A DNA stretch of 64,000 bases, taken from assembly GCF_009914755.1 (NCBI RefSeq), contig NC_060940.1; one strand, 5' to 3'. The notes below the pieces were generated by a model. That model was not told the origin of the DNA. It searched no databases and was given only the letters and a program-made list of their open reading frames with translations. The position numbers were made by a program, and so were the translations under genes. The first letter of the stretch is position 1, and each line of letters begins with the position of its first letter. The DNA is from the human T2T-CHM13v2.0 reference genome, Homo sapiens. This document shows, one piece after another, positions 42,001 through 53,792 of the stretch.

Positions 42001-43509
42001 ACTTCTTTGATATATAGTTGTTCATAATAGCCTCTATGATCCTTTGTATTTCTGTAATATTAGTTGTAATGTCTCCATTTCCATCTCTGATTTTATTTAT
42101 TTGGATATTTTCTCTTTTTTTTTTAAGTTAGTCTCACTAAGGATTTGTTGATTTTGATTATCTTTTCAAAAAGCCAACTCTTCTTTTGTTAATTTTTTTG
42201 AGTTTTCTTTTGTTCTCCACTTCATTTATTTTTGCTCTGAGACTTATTATTTCCTTCCTTCTACCATTTTGGGTTTAGTTCTTAGTTTTTTAGATCCTGG
42301 AAGTGCATGGTTACATTCTTTATTAGAAATCTAATAAGGATTTATTAGATAGATAGATAGATATATTAGGTGTTTATTGCTATGAAATTCCATCTCAGGA
42401 CTGCTTTTGCTGTATTCCAAAAGTTTTGGTATGATGTGTTTCCATTTTTATTTATCTCAAATAATTTTTAAATTTTCCTTTTAGTTTCTTCATTGATGTA
42501 TTGGTTATTTAGGAGCACGTTGTTTAATTTTTCACGTATTTGTAAGGTTTCCAAGGTACTCTTGTTGTTGATTTCTAGTTTTATACTATCATGGTCCAAA
42601 ATGATACATGATATAATCTCTGTCTTCTTAAATTTGTTAAGACCTGTTTTGTGGTCTAACATATGATTTATTCTGGAGAATGTTCCATGTGCAATTGGGA
42701 AGAATGAGTATACTGTAACTGTTTAATGGAATATTCTGTAAATGTCTGTTAGGTCCATTTGGTCTATAGTGTTGTTTAAGTCCAAAGTTTCTTTGTTGAT
42801 TTTCTGTCTGGGTAATCTCTTCATTATTAAAACTGAGGTGTAAAGTCCCCTACTATTATTGTATTGCAGTCTGTCTCTCTTTAGATCTAATAATATTTGC
42901 TTTACATATTTGGGTGCTTCACTGTTGGGTGCATATATATTTATACTTGTGATATCATCTTGTTGAATTAATCTGTCTATCATTATATAATGGCCTTCTT
43001 TATTTCTTTTTATTGTTTTTGACTTAAAGTCTATTTTATCTGATAAAAGTATAGTCACTCCTGCTCACTTTTGGTTTCTGTTTGCATTTTTTCTATCCCT
43101 CACTTTCAGTCTGTCTGTAATGTTGGGGTAGGTCTCTTGCAGGCAACATATAATTAGTTCTTGTTTTTTAAAATCTATTCAGCCACTGTATATCTTTTAA
43201 TTGCAGCATTTAATTCATTTACATTAAAGATTGTTATTGATAAGTAAGGACTTACTCCTGCCATTTTGTTGATAATTTTCTGGTTGTTTTATGGATCTTT
43301 TGTGCTTTTATTTCTCTCTTGTTTTCCTCTGTGGTGTGGTGATTTTCTGTGGCACTAAGCTTTGTTTTCTTTTTCTTTCTCATTTGTGTATCTACTGTAA
43401 TGTGTTTCTTTGTGGTTACCATGGGGCTAAAATAAAGAGTCTTATAGTTATAATAGGCTATTTTAAGCTGATAACAACTTAATTTTGGTCACATAAAAAT
43501 CCTCCAGAG

Positions 43510-43787
43510 GGCCAGGCACGGTGGCTTACACCTGTAATTCCAGCACTTTGGGAGGCCAATGTGGGCAGATTGAGAGCAGCCTGACCAATATGGTAAAACC
43601 CCATCTCTACTAAAAATAAAAAAATTAGCTGGGCATGGTGGTGTACACCTGTAATCCCAGCTACTCAGGAGGCTGAGGCAGGAGAATCACTTGAACCTGG
43701 GAGGTGGATGTTGCAGTGAGCCAAGATTGCACCACTGTACTCTGTCCTGGGTGACAGAGTGAGACCCTGTCTCCAAAAAAAAAAAAG
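43510..43787 (+). mobile_element. AluS nested in L1, with internal deletion
   Basis: TSD aatcctccaga at 43498-43508 and 43788-43798. Confidence 0.92.
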
Positions 43788-43805
43788 AATCCTCCAGACT
43801 TCATA

Positions 43806-43806
<1 letters not shown>

Positions 43807-43851
<45 letters not shown>
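43807..43851. repeat. (CA)n microsatellite
   Basis: About 20 CA units. Confidence 0.97.
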
Positions 43852-43853
<2 letters not shown>

Positions 43854-44407
43854 TTGTATGTTGTTAGCCTTAATGTACATGTTGGTCTTTTGTGTGTTCC
43901 TTAGCCACTAATTGTAGTTGTTCACGTTTTTGACCTTTTTGACTTTAAACCATCATACTAGAGGATTTAAAGATTTACACAGCACCATTACAGCATTGGG
44001 GTATTCTGAGTATGAGTATGGGTTTACCTATACTGGTGAGTTTTATACTTTCATATGTTTTCATAATAGTAATTATCATCCTTTTGTTTCCAATTGTAGT
44101 ACTCTCTTAAGCATTTTTTTTGTAACACCTGTCTATTTGTGATGAATTCTCTCAGTTTTTGCTTATCTGGGAAGGTCTCTACTTCTCATTTATTTCTAAA
44201 GGAGAGCTTTGCAGGATATACTTCACTTAATGGTGTCTCATAAGTCTTGTAGGCTTCTTCATTCTTTTTAACTTTTTTTTCTCTGACTGGGTTATTTCTA
44301 AACACCTGTCTTCAAGTTTAGAAATTCTTTCTTCTGCTTGATCTAGTGTGTTGTTGAAGCCTTCAGTTATTTTTATTTCATTCATTGAATTCTTCAGTTC
44401 CAAGATT

Positions 44408-45594
44408 TTTTTCCTCTATTTTTATTGATACACAATATTTACATATTTATAGGGTATGTGTGGTATTTTGATAATTGAATACAGTGTGTAATAACCAATT
44501 CAGGATATTTAATATACCCATTACCTTAAACATTTATTATTTCTTTGTATTGGGAACATTTCAAATTCTTCAGCTCCAAGATTCTGTTCCCTCTTTTTTT
44601 ATCGATTAATACCATTTGTAAATATTTACGGGATATGCAGTATTTTGATAAATTCATACAATGTGTAGTGATCAATTCAAGGTATTTAGGATATCCATCA
44701 CCTTAAACACTTCTTATCTCTTTGTGTTGGGGACATTTCAAATCTTCTAGCTACTTTTAAATATATAATATATATACAATATTTTGAATATACAATATAT
44801 TGTTAACTATAGTCACTCTACTGTTCTATCAAACACTAGAACTTATTTCTTCTATGTAACTGTATTTTTGTACCCATTAACCAACCTTTCTTCACCTACC
44901 TCCCACCCTTTCTGGCCTCTGGTAACTATCATTCTACTCTCTCCCTCCACAAAATTAACATTTCAAGCTCTCACATATAGTGAGAAAATGTGATATTTGT
45001 TTTTCTGTACCTAGCTTAATTCACTTAACATAATGACCATTGGTTTCATCCATGTTGCTGTAAATAATAGAATTTCATTCTTTTTATGGCTGAATAGTAT
45101 TCCATTGTGTATACATACCACATTTTCTTTACCTAATCATCCATTGTTCAACACTTTGGTTGATTCCATATCTTGACTATTATAAATGGTGCTGCAATAA
45201 ACATGAGGGTGGAGGTAACCCTTTGATATACTGATTTTCTTTTATTTGGATAAATACCCAGTAGTGGGACTGCTGGATCAAATGGTAGTTCTATTCATTT
45301 TTTGAGAAACATCCATACAGTTTTCCATAATGAATATGTTAATTTACATTCTCACCCACAGAGTAAATTTCCTTTTCTCTGTCTCTGTACCAGCATTTGT
45401 TGTCTTTTTTTGTCTTTTTGATAAAAGCAATACTAACTGGGGTAAGATGATACCTCACTGTGGTTTTGATTTGCATTTCCCTGATGATTAGTGATGCTGA
45501 ACATTTTTTCCTATACCCATTGGCCATTTGTATGTCTTCTTTTAGGAAATGTCTATTCAGATCTTTTTGCTCATTTTTAAATGGGATTATTTGT
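44408..45594 (-). mobile_element. Second L1MA 3' end nested in the older L1, with its terminus tandemly duplicated
   Basis: ttcag(t/c)tccaagatt occurs at 44393, 44569 and 45595. Confidence 0.8.
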
Positions 45595-45619
45595 TTCAGC
45601 TCCAAGATTTCTGTTTCGT

Positions 45620-45914
<295 letters not shown>

Positions 45915-47142
45915 CTGGTTCTTTTAAAACATCTATTTCTTTGTTAAATTCCTCATTCAGATCATAATTTTTTTGTTTTATTGAATTATTTGTATTATTT
46001 GGTATATTCTTGAATTTCTTTAAGATTATTATTTTGAATTCCTTTTCAGGCATTTCATAAATATCCTTTTCTTTGGCGTCTGTTACTGGAGGCTTATTGT
46101 TTCTTTGAGGGTGTCACGTTTATTTCCTTTTTCTTGTGTCCCTATGTTGATATCTACACACTTTGTGGAACAGTTACTTTTTTCAATTTTATGGAATAAC
46201 TTTTATAGAATGAGGCTTTTCCCTGTAGAAGGGCCCTAGGGTATCAGTTGGGAATGGTGCACTGGTTTTGGTTCTAAGTGGACTGAGTCATATGATCTCC
46301 ATACAGATTATTTAGCTATAATCTTTGTCTGCAATGTCTGCAATTGTGTCAGGGGCCTTGGCTATGGGAGTTTGTGACAATGGTAACATAATGTTTCTGG
46401 GGCCTAGGGCATAGAGGTGGTTGTCGGGCCAGGTATCTGCAGGTGTGGTGGGTTGACAGGCTGTGTAGTGGGCTCTCTTGGAGAGTGGGCCTACCACTGG
46501 GCTGGCTCTCAGGGTAGGTATGGGTGTAGCATGCCAGGTGGCTGTGTGGGGCTTTCTTTGTGCGATGGGACCACCTCTGAGCCAGCTCTTGGTCTGGGAG
46601 TAGGCTGGCTGACTGGGCAGGGCAGTAGCCCCAATTTCTATTAGTGGTTTCATGCAGTTCTAGAAAGTCTTCACAGGGTGGAGCATATGACCTAGGATAA
46701 ACCAATCATAACATTTTATTCCCTCTGCTACAGTGAGTGTTTCTGGGACAGGTTTGTGACCTAAGCTTGCCCAGTCAGAAGGAATCTTAGGATACTTGCA
46801 GAGATTGCTGAGTCAAAGACATGCTCTTTTGCTATGGAAAGTATAGCATGTGCATGTGAAACTTGGAACTGTGAATATCATCTTGCTGTGATGAAGGAAA
46901 CCTGGCTGAGAATGAAGCTGACATAAGGAAGTAAAAAAAAAAAGGTACAATGATAGACAAACAGAACGAGAGTCTTGATCAAATTATGCCTAAAATCTGT
47001 TACCTTCTGTGTTCTTCATATTTGTGAACCAATATGTTGCCTATATTGTTTGCTATTACTTTTTGGCCCTTATATTCTAAGTCAGGTTTGGGATGGATTT
47101 TCTTATTTGCAGCCAATTATATCCTAATTGATAGAGATGTCC

Positions 47143-47496
47143 TGATGTGTTTTGGTTCTGTGTCCCCACGAAAATCTCATCTCCAATTGTAGTCCCCATG
47201 TGTCAAAGTGGGGAGGTGATTGGATTATGGGTACGGTTTCCCACATGTTGTTCTTGTGATAGTGAGTGCTCACGAGATCATCTGATGGTTTAAAAGTGTG
47301 GCACTTCCCTCTTCACTCTCTTCCTCCTGCCACTATGTAAGACATGCCTTGTTTCCCCTTCATCTTCCGCCATAATTGAAAGTTTCCTGAGGCCTCTCCA
47401 CACCATGAGGAACTGTGAGTCAATTAAACCTCTTTTCTTTATAAATTACCCAGTCTCAGATAGTTCTTTATAGCAGTGTGGAAATGAACTAATACA
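47143..47496 (+). mobile_element. MSTA-like MaLR solo LTR
   Basis: tgatg...aactaataca; TSD tgtcc at 47138-47142 and 47497-47501. Confidence 0.9.
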
Positions 47497-48543
47497 TGTC
47501 CCTTCACCTTCTACCACATATAGAACCAACAACAACAAAAAGAGGAAAGTACTTTGTTAGCTCTTCTGAAGGAAGATAGAGTTACAGATTGAATCAGAGA
47601 TATTTCCTCTGTGATCCTTCCCTGATGTCCCCAGTTCTGGGCAAAGAGCCCTCCTTGATATTCCCATAGCTCCTTTTCATTCTCATCTCTTATAGGAAAG
47701 GGAGTCTTTAGCATAATACATCATTGCAATTATGCTATGAGAGCCAATCAGTATCAGCAAGAAGTTTGCTTATCTAGTGTCTAGTTCATTCTGATGAAGT
47801 TAAGAGAATTACCAAGAAGAAAGGTATCTGCCATTTTTCTTTCAGGATGAAGGCAGGAATAACAAAACCATGCTTTTGACCATGTAGGGAGCTGAAAGGA
47901 TGGAGTCAAGGCCTTGAGGAGACAGCAGAGAGGCAACTAAGAGAAGATGGCAGGCAGCCAGAAGAAGGCACAATCCCAGGTACCCATTTGAGGGAATCCA
48001 ATGGGGGAAAGTAAAGAAACCTGGACGTTTTAAGTGTGGTGATCAGATTATGCTCTTTCTGGCTAAGGACTAGGACAAGGCCATCCAAGTGCAGAACAAA
48101 ATGGTGGGTTTGCATTTGTTTGCTGTCAATCTCCCCTGTCAGGTCAACTCCACGAGGACAAGGATGATAATGGCTTGGCCACCATTATCTCCCCACAGCA
48201 CAGCACAATGCCTGGGACATGAAAGATACGTTACAAATATATGTGGGATGGATGGATGGATGGTTGGTTGGTAACTCTCAGTTTATATCTTTGGGCTGAG
48301 TATTATAGTTAAGAACACAGTTTCCCAGAGTGACTCAGTTAAAGTTGAGCTTCTTTTATGCAAACTCTCCTTCTCTGTCTTTCACTGAATTTCACTGACA
48401 GACCATGAAAACTCAGAACAGAAAGGGATAATGTCGAGGCGAATCGTATAATGTCAAGGCAAATCCTGTCTCCCATCTAGAGGCCAGGGAAGGAAATTAA
48501 TCACTTTGCTAAAGTCTGGAATTCTAGTTCCTCTGTCTGATGG

Positions 48544-48601
48544 TTGATTTAAGGTCAACCTCTGCTTGACTTAAGGTCAACCTCTGCTTGACTTAAGGTC
48601 A
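48544..48601 (+). repeat. 22-bp tandem repeat, 2.6 copies (ttgacttaaggtcaacctctgc)
   Basis: Units start at 48544, 48566 and 48588; one mismatch. Confidence 0.95.
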
Positions 48602-48709
48602 TGGTGTATTATTTTTTAACATCATTATGGGCTACACTCATGAAAATGCCTAAACATAAGAGAAAGATGACACCTTGTTCTCTTGCTCCACATGTACATA
48701 TATCTGACC

Positions 48710-49370
48710 TCTATTCAACATTCATTTAAACTGTGATTCAATGAGCATCTACTATGTGCCATGCACTGGACTCAGCCTTGGGGACAGAATGAAGAATAAG
48801 ACACAGCCTCTATTCTTACCTAGTTTATAATCTAGTGGGGGATGACAAGCCAGTGATGATAATACAGCACAAGATGCAGAGAGGCAGAGGTTGCAGTAGG
48901 GACCCACATAGGAACATTGAAGTCAGCTGGTGGGATTGAGGAGCACTTCCTGGAAGAAGTTTTGCTTAAGCTAAGCACATGGAAAAGCACCAGCCAGGTG
49001 AAACGGTTACAAAGGAGAGGAATGTTTCAGGAGGAAAATGGGAGTGGTGATTGGAGGGTGATGGCACCAGAGTGAAAAGCTGGGGTCAAGCATTTTAGGG
49101 CCTTCTAGGTCATGCTTAGCATTTCAGACATCCTAAGAGCAGTGTGTGCTGGAGTCACTGGGAAGTTTTAATATGGGAATAATATAGGGATATAGGATAT
49201 AGGGATATAGGAATAATATAGAAAGTTTTAATATGGGAATTTAATATAGGAAGTTTAATATGGGATTAATAATATAGATATAACCTATAGAAACTTCCTC
49301 TGGGGCAGTGTGGAAGGGAGATTGGAGGGGGTCAAGGTTGGAAATGAGGACACCAGTTTGGTGGCTATTT
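48710..49370 (-). mobile_element. L2 remnant containing an AT-rich stutter array (49161-49290)
   Basis: tgagcatctactatgtgcca...cttcctggaagaag...gcagtgtggaagggagattggagggg. Confidence 0.7.
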
Positions 49371-49416
49371 TAACATAAGCACATGCACTCACTAGGGCCC
49401 AAGCATATGTACTCAC

Positions 49417-49617
49417 TCTCTTGCTCTCTCTCCCTCCCTCCCTCTCTCCCTCCCTCCCTCCCTCTCTCCCTCTCTCTCCCTCTCTCCCTCTCTCCCTCTC
49501 TCTGCCTCTTTCCTTCTCTCTCCCTCTCTCCCTCTCTCTCCCTCTCTCTTCCTCTCTCCCTCTCTCTCCCTCTCCCTCTCTCCTTCTGTCTCTCTTTCTC
49601 TCTCACACACACACACT

Positions 49618-49657
<40 letters not shown>
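49417..49657. repeat. Compound (CT/TCCC)n polypyrimidine tract followed by (CA)n
   Basis: ~185 bp of almost only C/T, then ~25 CA units. Confidence 0.97.
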
Positions 49658-49659
<2 letters not shown>

Positions 49660-50189
49660 AAAGATATATGCAAGCAGCACCAAAGTATGCCCACCACTGG
49701 GGCTGGAAAACAATGTCTTAGGCTGCTCCATTTCCTAATGCCTTAATTTTCTCATCTGTAGAATGGGAACAGCTGCAACTGTCCCTCGGTGTCTCCCAGG
49801 ATTGCTCAGAGAGTGGAAATGTCATGTGGTGAAAGCCTTTACAGCTCAGTGTGGATAAGTGCAAAGGGCTGTTTATTCCTGGTCCCTTTTCATTTCATCC
49901 AGTCCTTCAATCCCCAGCATCTGAAGCATCTCTGGGAACTGCATATGGAATAAGACATTCTGGATGACAGCAGATCTTAAGAAAGTCAGGTTTAGATTAG
50001 ATTTCCACTCAATCTCAAAGTTGAAATTAGAGTAGGGGAATTGAGGTCTTACCTCTAGACACTATAACTGAGAAATTACAAAATTGGCTGGAGACTCCCA
50101 GGCAAGGGTAGGAAGCCCTCTGGCTTGGGACTCTTTTGAAGGGATGATTCCACTGATTGGACAGTGTTCACACTCTTGGCTGTGGAGTA

Positions 50190-50551
50190 CCTGTGTGAGT
50201 CTCCTAGGGCTTCTTAACAAATTGACACAGACTGGGTAGCTGAAACAACAAAAATGTATTTCTCATTCTGGAGGCGTCTCTCTGTGACGTCTGAGATCAA
50301 GGTAGTAGCAGGATCGGTTCCTTCTGAGGCTGCCCTACTTAGCTGTCATCTCGCTGTGTTCTCACATGGTGTTCCCTCTGAGTACATCTGTGTCCTAAGT
50401 TCCTCTTATTATAAGGACACTAGTCATAGTGTCCACCCTAGTGACCTCATTTTTACTTATTTACCTCTTTAAAGAACTCATCTCAAATACAGTCACATGT
50501 GAGGTGCTAGGGGAATTTTGGCAGAAGTGGGAAACAAAATTCAGCCCACAG
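50190..50551 (-). mobile_element. MLT1A/B-like solo LTR
   Basis: cacagactgggtagctgaaacaaca...gtctgagatcaaggt...acaaaattcagcccaca. Confidence 0.75.
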
Positions 50552-50932
50552 TAATTCCCAAATCGTCTATTTGGGTAGTGGATATAAACAAACAGTGAGG
50601 AAATCCCAAGACTGTACAAATTTCTGCTGAAGTTTATCCTCCAACGAAGGGTCCTCAATTGAATAGATTTGCTGTCATCTCAGTTGTGGCAGCATCCATA
50701 TTTTCCTGTTCTTTATCTCAGCTCTGAGGTGCTGCTGCAGAAAGGTGCTGGTCTACATTCAGTTCTCTCTTTCTTTACCACTTTGCAGAACAAGTTTTGC
50801 TATGGCAACCACTGGCTGGGAAGAGATAACCCAGGGGGTGCGAGGGTCAGCTCATGTTCTTCTCTCCTCATTTCTAGGACAGCTCTGTTGTGCTTCAGCT
50901 GCTGTGTAAATCCCCAAAGAGGAGTTTTTTGC

Positions 50933-51112
50933 TAATAATTGTGTGTGTGTGTGTGTGTATGTGTGTGTGCGTACCTGCATGCATGCATGTGCATGTACGT
51001 GCACACGTGTGTGTGTGTGTGTGCGTGTGTCTGGGCAAAGTGGTACCTTCAAGAAAGTAGCCAAATGGAAGATAGGATCACCCTGAAGAGGGAAGCCATT
51101 CACTCATTGACC
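50933..51112 (+). repeat. Copy A of a (TG)n plus 82-bp unique unit
   Basis: Aligns with 51850-52045 and partly with 52954-53020. Confidence 0.92.
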
Positions 51113-51849
51113 AATGGGTCACACTTGGATTTTCTGTCTCAGGCCAACCCACATTCTAGTGACTGTGCAGCCCTTGGCAGTTTTCAACTGGCTCCTCCTG
51201 CCTACCCAGCAGATGGGAATAATACTCTGCAGACTTCAAATCCTCTTGATTCTCTCTCCTCCAGGTTTTGAAGGCAGATTTTATCTATTGTGCCTCTTGG
51301 GCTTTGGTGTCTGGGCCATTCACAGCTACCCACCTAGAGACCCCTCAGATGTGTCAGAAGTGGAAGTTTGTCATGGGAAGAGGAGGCAGTAATGTGAAAG
51401 CAATGTGAATTTTTGCTATTCGAAGGGGCACATGACTCACTGAGTCATCTGCCTGAAAGCCATCTTCAGTGTCCCCTGGGCCTTGAAGACGTGGGAGGCA
51501 GTGTTTGTGGATGAGAAAGGGGACATTCGGAGCAGAGATCTGTTCAAGTCTCCTGGCACAACTCAGGTCCTCCACCTTGGAGTCTGTCTTGGGTGGTCCC
51601 AAGCATCATAAATCCTCTGGAATCTGCCCTGAACACCTGGATTTCCTGCTAGGGTCTTCAGTTTGCCCAGTGATGTGTCCATGGCCAGCTTTGTGCAAAG
51701 TTTGCTTTCCAGCTCAGTTGCTCTGCTGCAGTTTACCAAACTTGCTAGTGGACAGACACAGCCTTGAGCAGTCCCTGTGGCTTCTCGGGGCATCTGTCAA
51801 AGATGTGCACACAGAATTCAACAAAGTTCCGGTTCCTCCCTTGGGAGGA

Positions 51850-51922
51850 TAATAATTTTGTGTGTTTGTATATGTGCATGCATATGTGTGTGTGTGCATG
51901 CGTGCATTCATGCATGCATGTG

Positions 51923-51958
<36 letters not shown>

Positions 51959-52045
51959 TGTGTGGCTGGGCAAAGTGATACCTTCAGGAAAGTAGCCAAA
52001 TGGAAGATAGGATCACCCTGAAGAGAAGCCTTTCATTCATTGACC
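51850..52045 (+). repeat. Copy B of the same unit
   Basis: Unique core differs from copy A by 4 substitutions and one 2-bp indel. Confidence 0.92.
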
Positions 52046-52517
52046 TTATCCTCAGGAAGCCAGACGTGGTACCCACAGAGGCCAATTTAGATCTCCGGCT
52101 GTTTCTCTACTTCCCTGTTGGCCCTATTTGTATATTTCTAGCATGCCTTTTCTTTATTTGTTCATTCACTCATTCCTTCATTCCACAAATACCTATTGAG
52201 CACCAGTGATGTGCTAAGTATGGCTTAAATTTACCCTGGGAACACAGAAGTGAAATATACAAATCTCCTGCCCTTGGGTGCTTATATTTTAGTGTGAGAG
52301 GGTGGGTGAGTGGATGGAGGGAGGTAGGTCTTTGCACTTGCGTTTTCATGGATTATAACAAATTTTCACAGCACTTTTAATTCCATGATAATCTCTAACT
52401 GGAAAAGCAATCCCCTCAATACACACCTCCCACCACTTTATCCTGAATCTCTGTCCTGGATTGTGAAGGGATGTCAGGCATGGCAATATGCTTTTATGCA
52501 TTTTCCTTTTGCTTAAC

Positions 52518-52882
52518 TCAGGGCTTTTTAACCCATTCTGTGCTCTGGACTCCTTTGGTGGTCCTATGGACCCCTCCTCAGAATACTCTTTTTAAATGAA
52601 TAACAAAATATGTAAGGTTATGAAGAAAACCAATATTTTGAAATGCAGTTCTGAAAATCTTTTTAAAAGTTGTGGTATTATAACTTTTGTGCCCTTTTAT
52701 TAACACATTAAAGAACATGATTTAGCAGTGGGTTTCATAACAACTGTGATTTCAAAGTACTGATGAGCATAAATGATATTTTGAAATATCTGTAACACCT
52801 GCAACGTGTTATGAAAATATCCCTGATTTCTATTGGTGACAAAGTCCTAGGTACTGCAAATAGTAATGTGGTTTGTTGTCAC
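52518..52882. mobile_element. Charlie4-like hAT DNA transposon fragment
   Basis: atgagcataaatgatattttgaaatatctg...gatttctattggtgacaaagtc. Confidence 0.65.
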
Positions 52883-52883
52883 T

Positions 52884-53237
52884 GTATAAATCTGCTAGGT
52901 CTGCCATTACAAAGTCCCACAAACTGGGGGACTTAAACAGCAGAAATGTACTGGTGTGTGTGTGTGTGTCTTGGCAAAGTGATACCTTCAAGAAAGCAGC
53001 CAGATGGAAGATAGGATTACATTTCAACAGAAATGTAAGACAGTACATTTCTGTGGTTTAAGCCTCCCAGTTTGTGAGACTAGCCCAACTCTGTTACTAG
53101 GGTCTTGCTTTTAACCTAAAGGATGTTTCCTCAATTGTATTCAAGTACAAACAGAAAGGTACTTTGAGTTCTGGAGGCTCAAAATCCAAGATCAAAGTGT
53201 TGGCAGGGCTATGTTCCCACTGTAGGCACTAGAAAAT
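52884..53237 (-). mobile_element. MLT1 LTR fragment disrupted by a four-piece templated patchwork (52954-53143)
   Basis: MLT start ctgccattacaaagtcccacaaactggggg; resumes agttctggaggct...ccaagatcaaagtgttggcagggct. Confidence 0.8.
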
Positions 53238-53792
53238 GGCCAAGATAATACAACAATCTACACATACACCTCACACATAAGAAAGAGAGGTAGGCATTGT
53301 GTTTTTGAGAAACAAAAGGCTCCAACTAGCCCAACTCTGGCACTAGAGGCTTACTTTTTTCTTGATAGCCTACTACATACCTCCCTCACTCTCAGTTCTC
53401 TGACAAACAACTATAGCAACCTCAAGTGACCCAATCTTCTAACACTGAAATCACCTAAGGATATTATGCAACTCTAGGAATACATGGTGAAGGGAAACTA
53501 CCTCCATTTTTAATCTAAAAGCCAAATGTCATTATGTCACCCCCTGGCACTACACCTTGACCTTCTCATTGGTTTCAAAAATCCTTAAGGTAGCTTTCAA
53601 GGTTCCTTATGACTGGTCCTTGCCCACCTCCCTGGCCTCATCCCACTCCTCATTAAGCCCCAAGATGGTCCAGCCACCTGCCTTCTCACAGGCCATTGAG
53701 CACACCCATCTTCTTTCTGCCTCTGGCTTTAGCACGTGCCATTTGTTCTGCTGTGGTTCAGAAGCTTTAAGGTTTTCTGAAAGATGTCAGGA

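Noticed and set aside
48544-48601. Quasi-palindromic short repeats resembling a CRISPR array
   Set aside because: Intervening sequence is identical rather than unique spacers, the context is eukaryotic and there are no cas genes.
49370-49738. Low-complexity ORFs (RE/SL/HT repeats)
   Set aside because: Translations of microsatellites.
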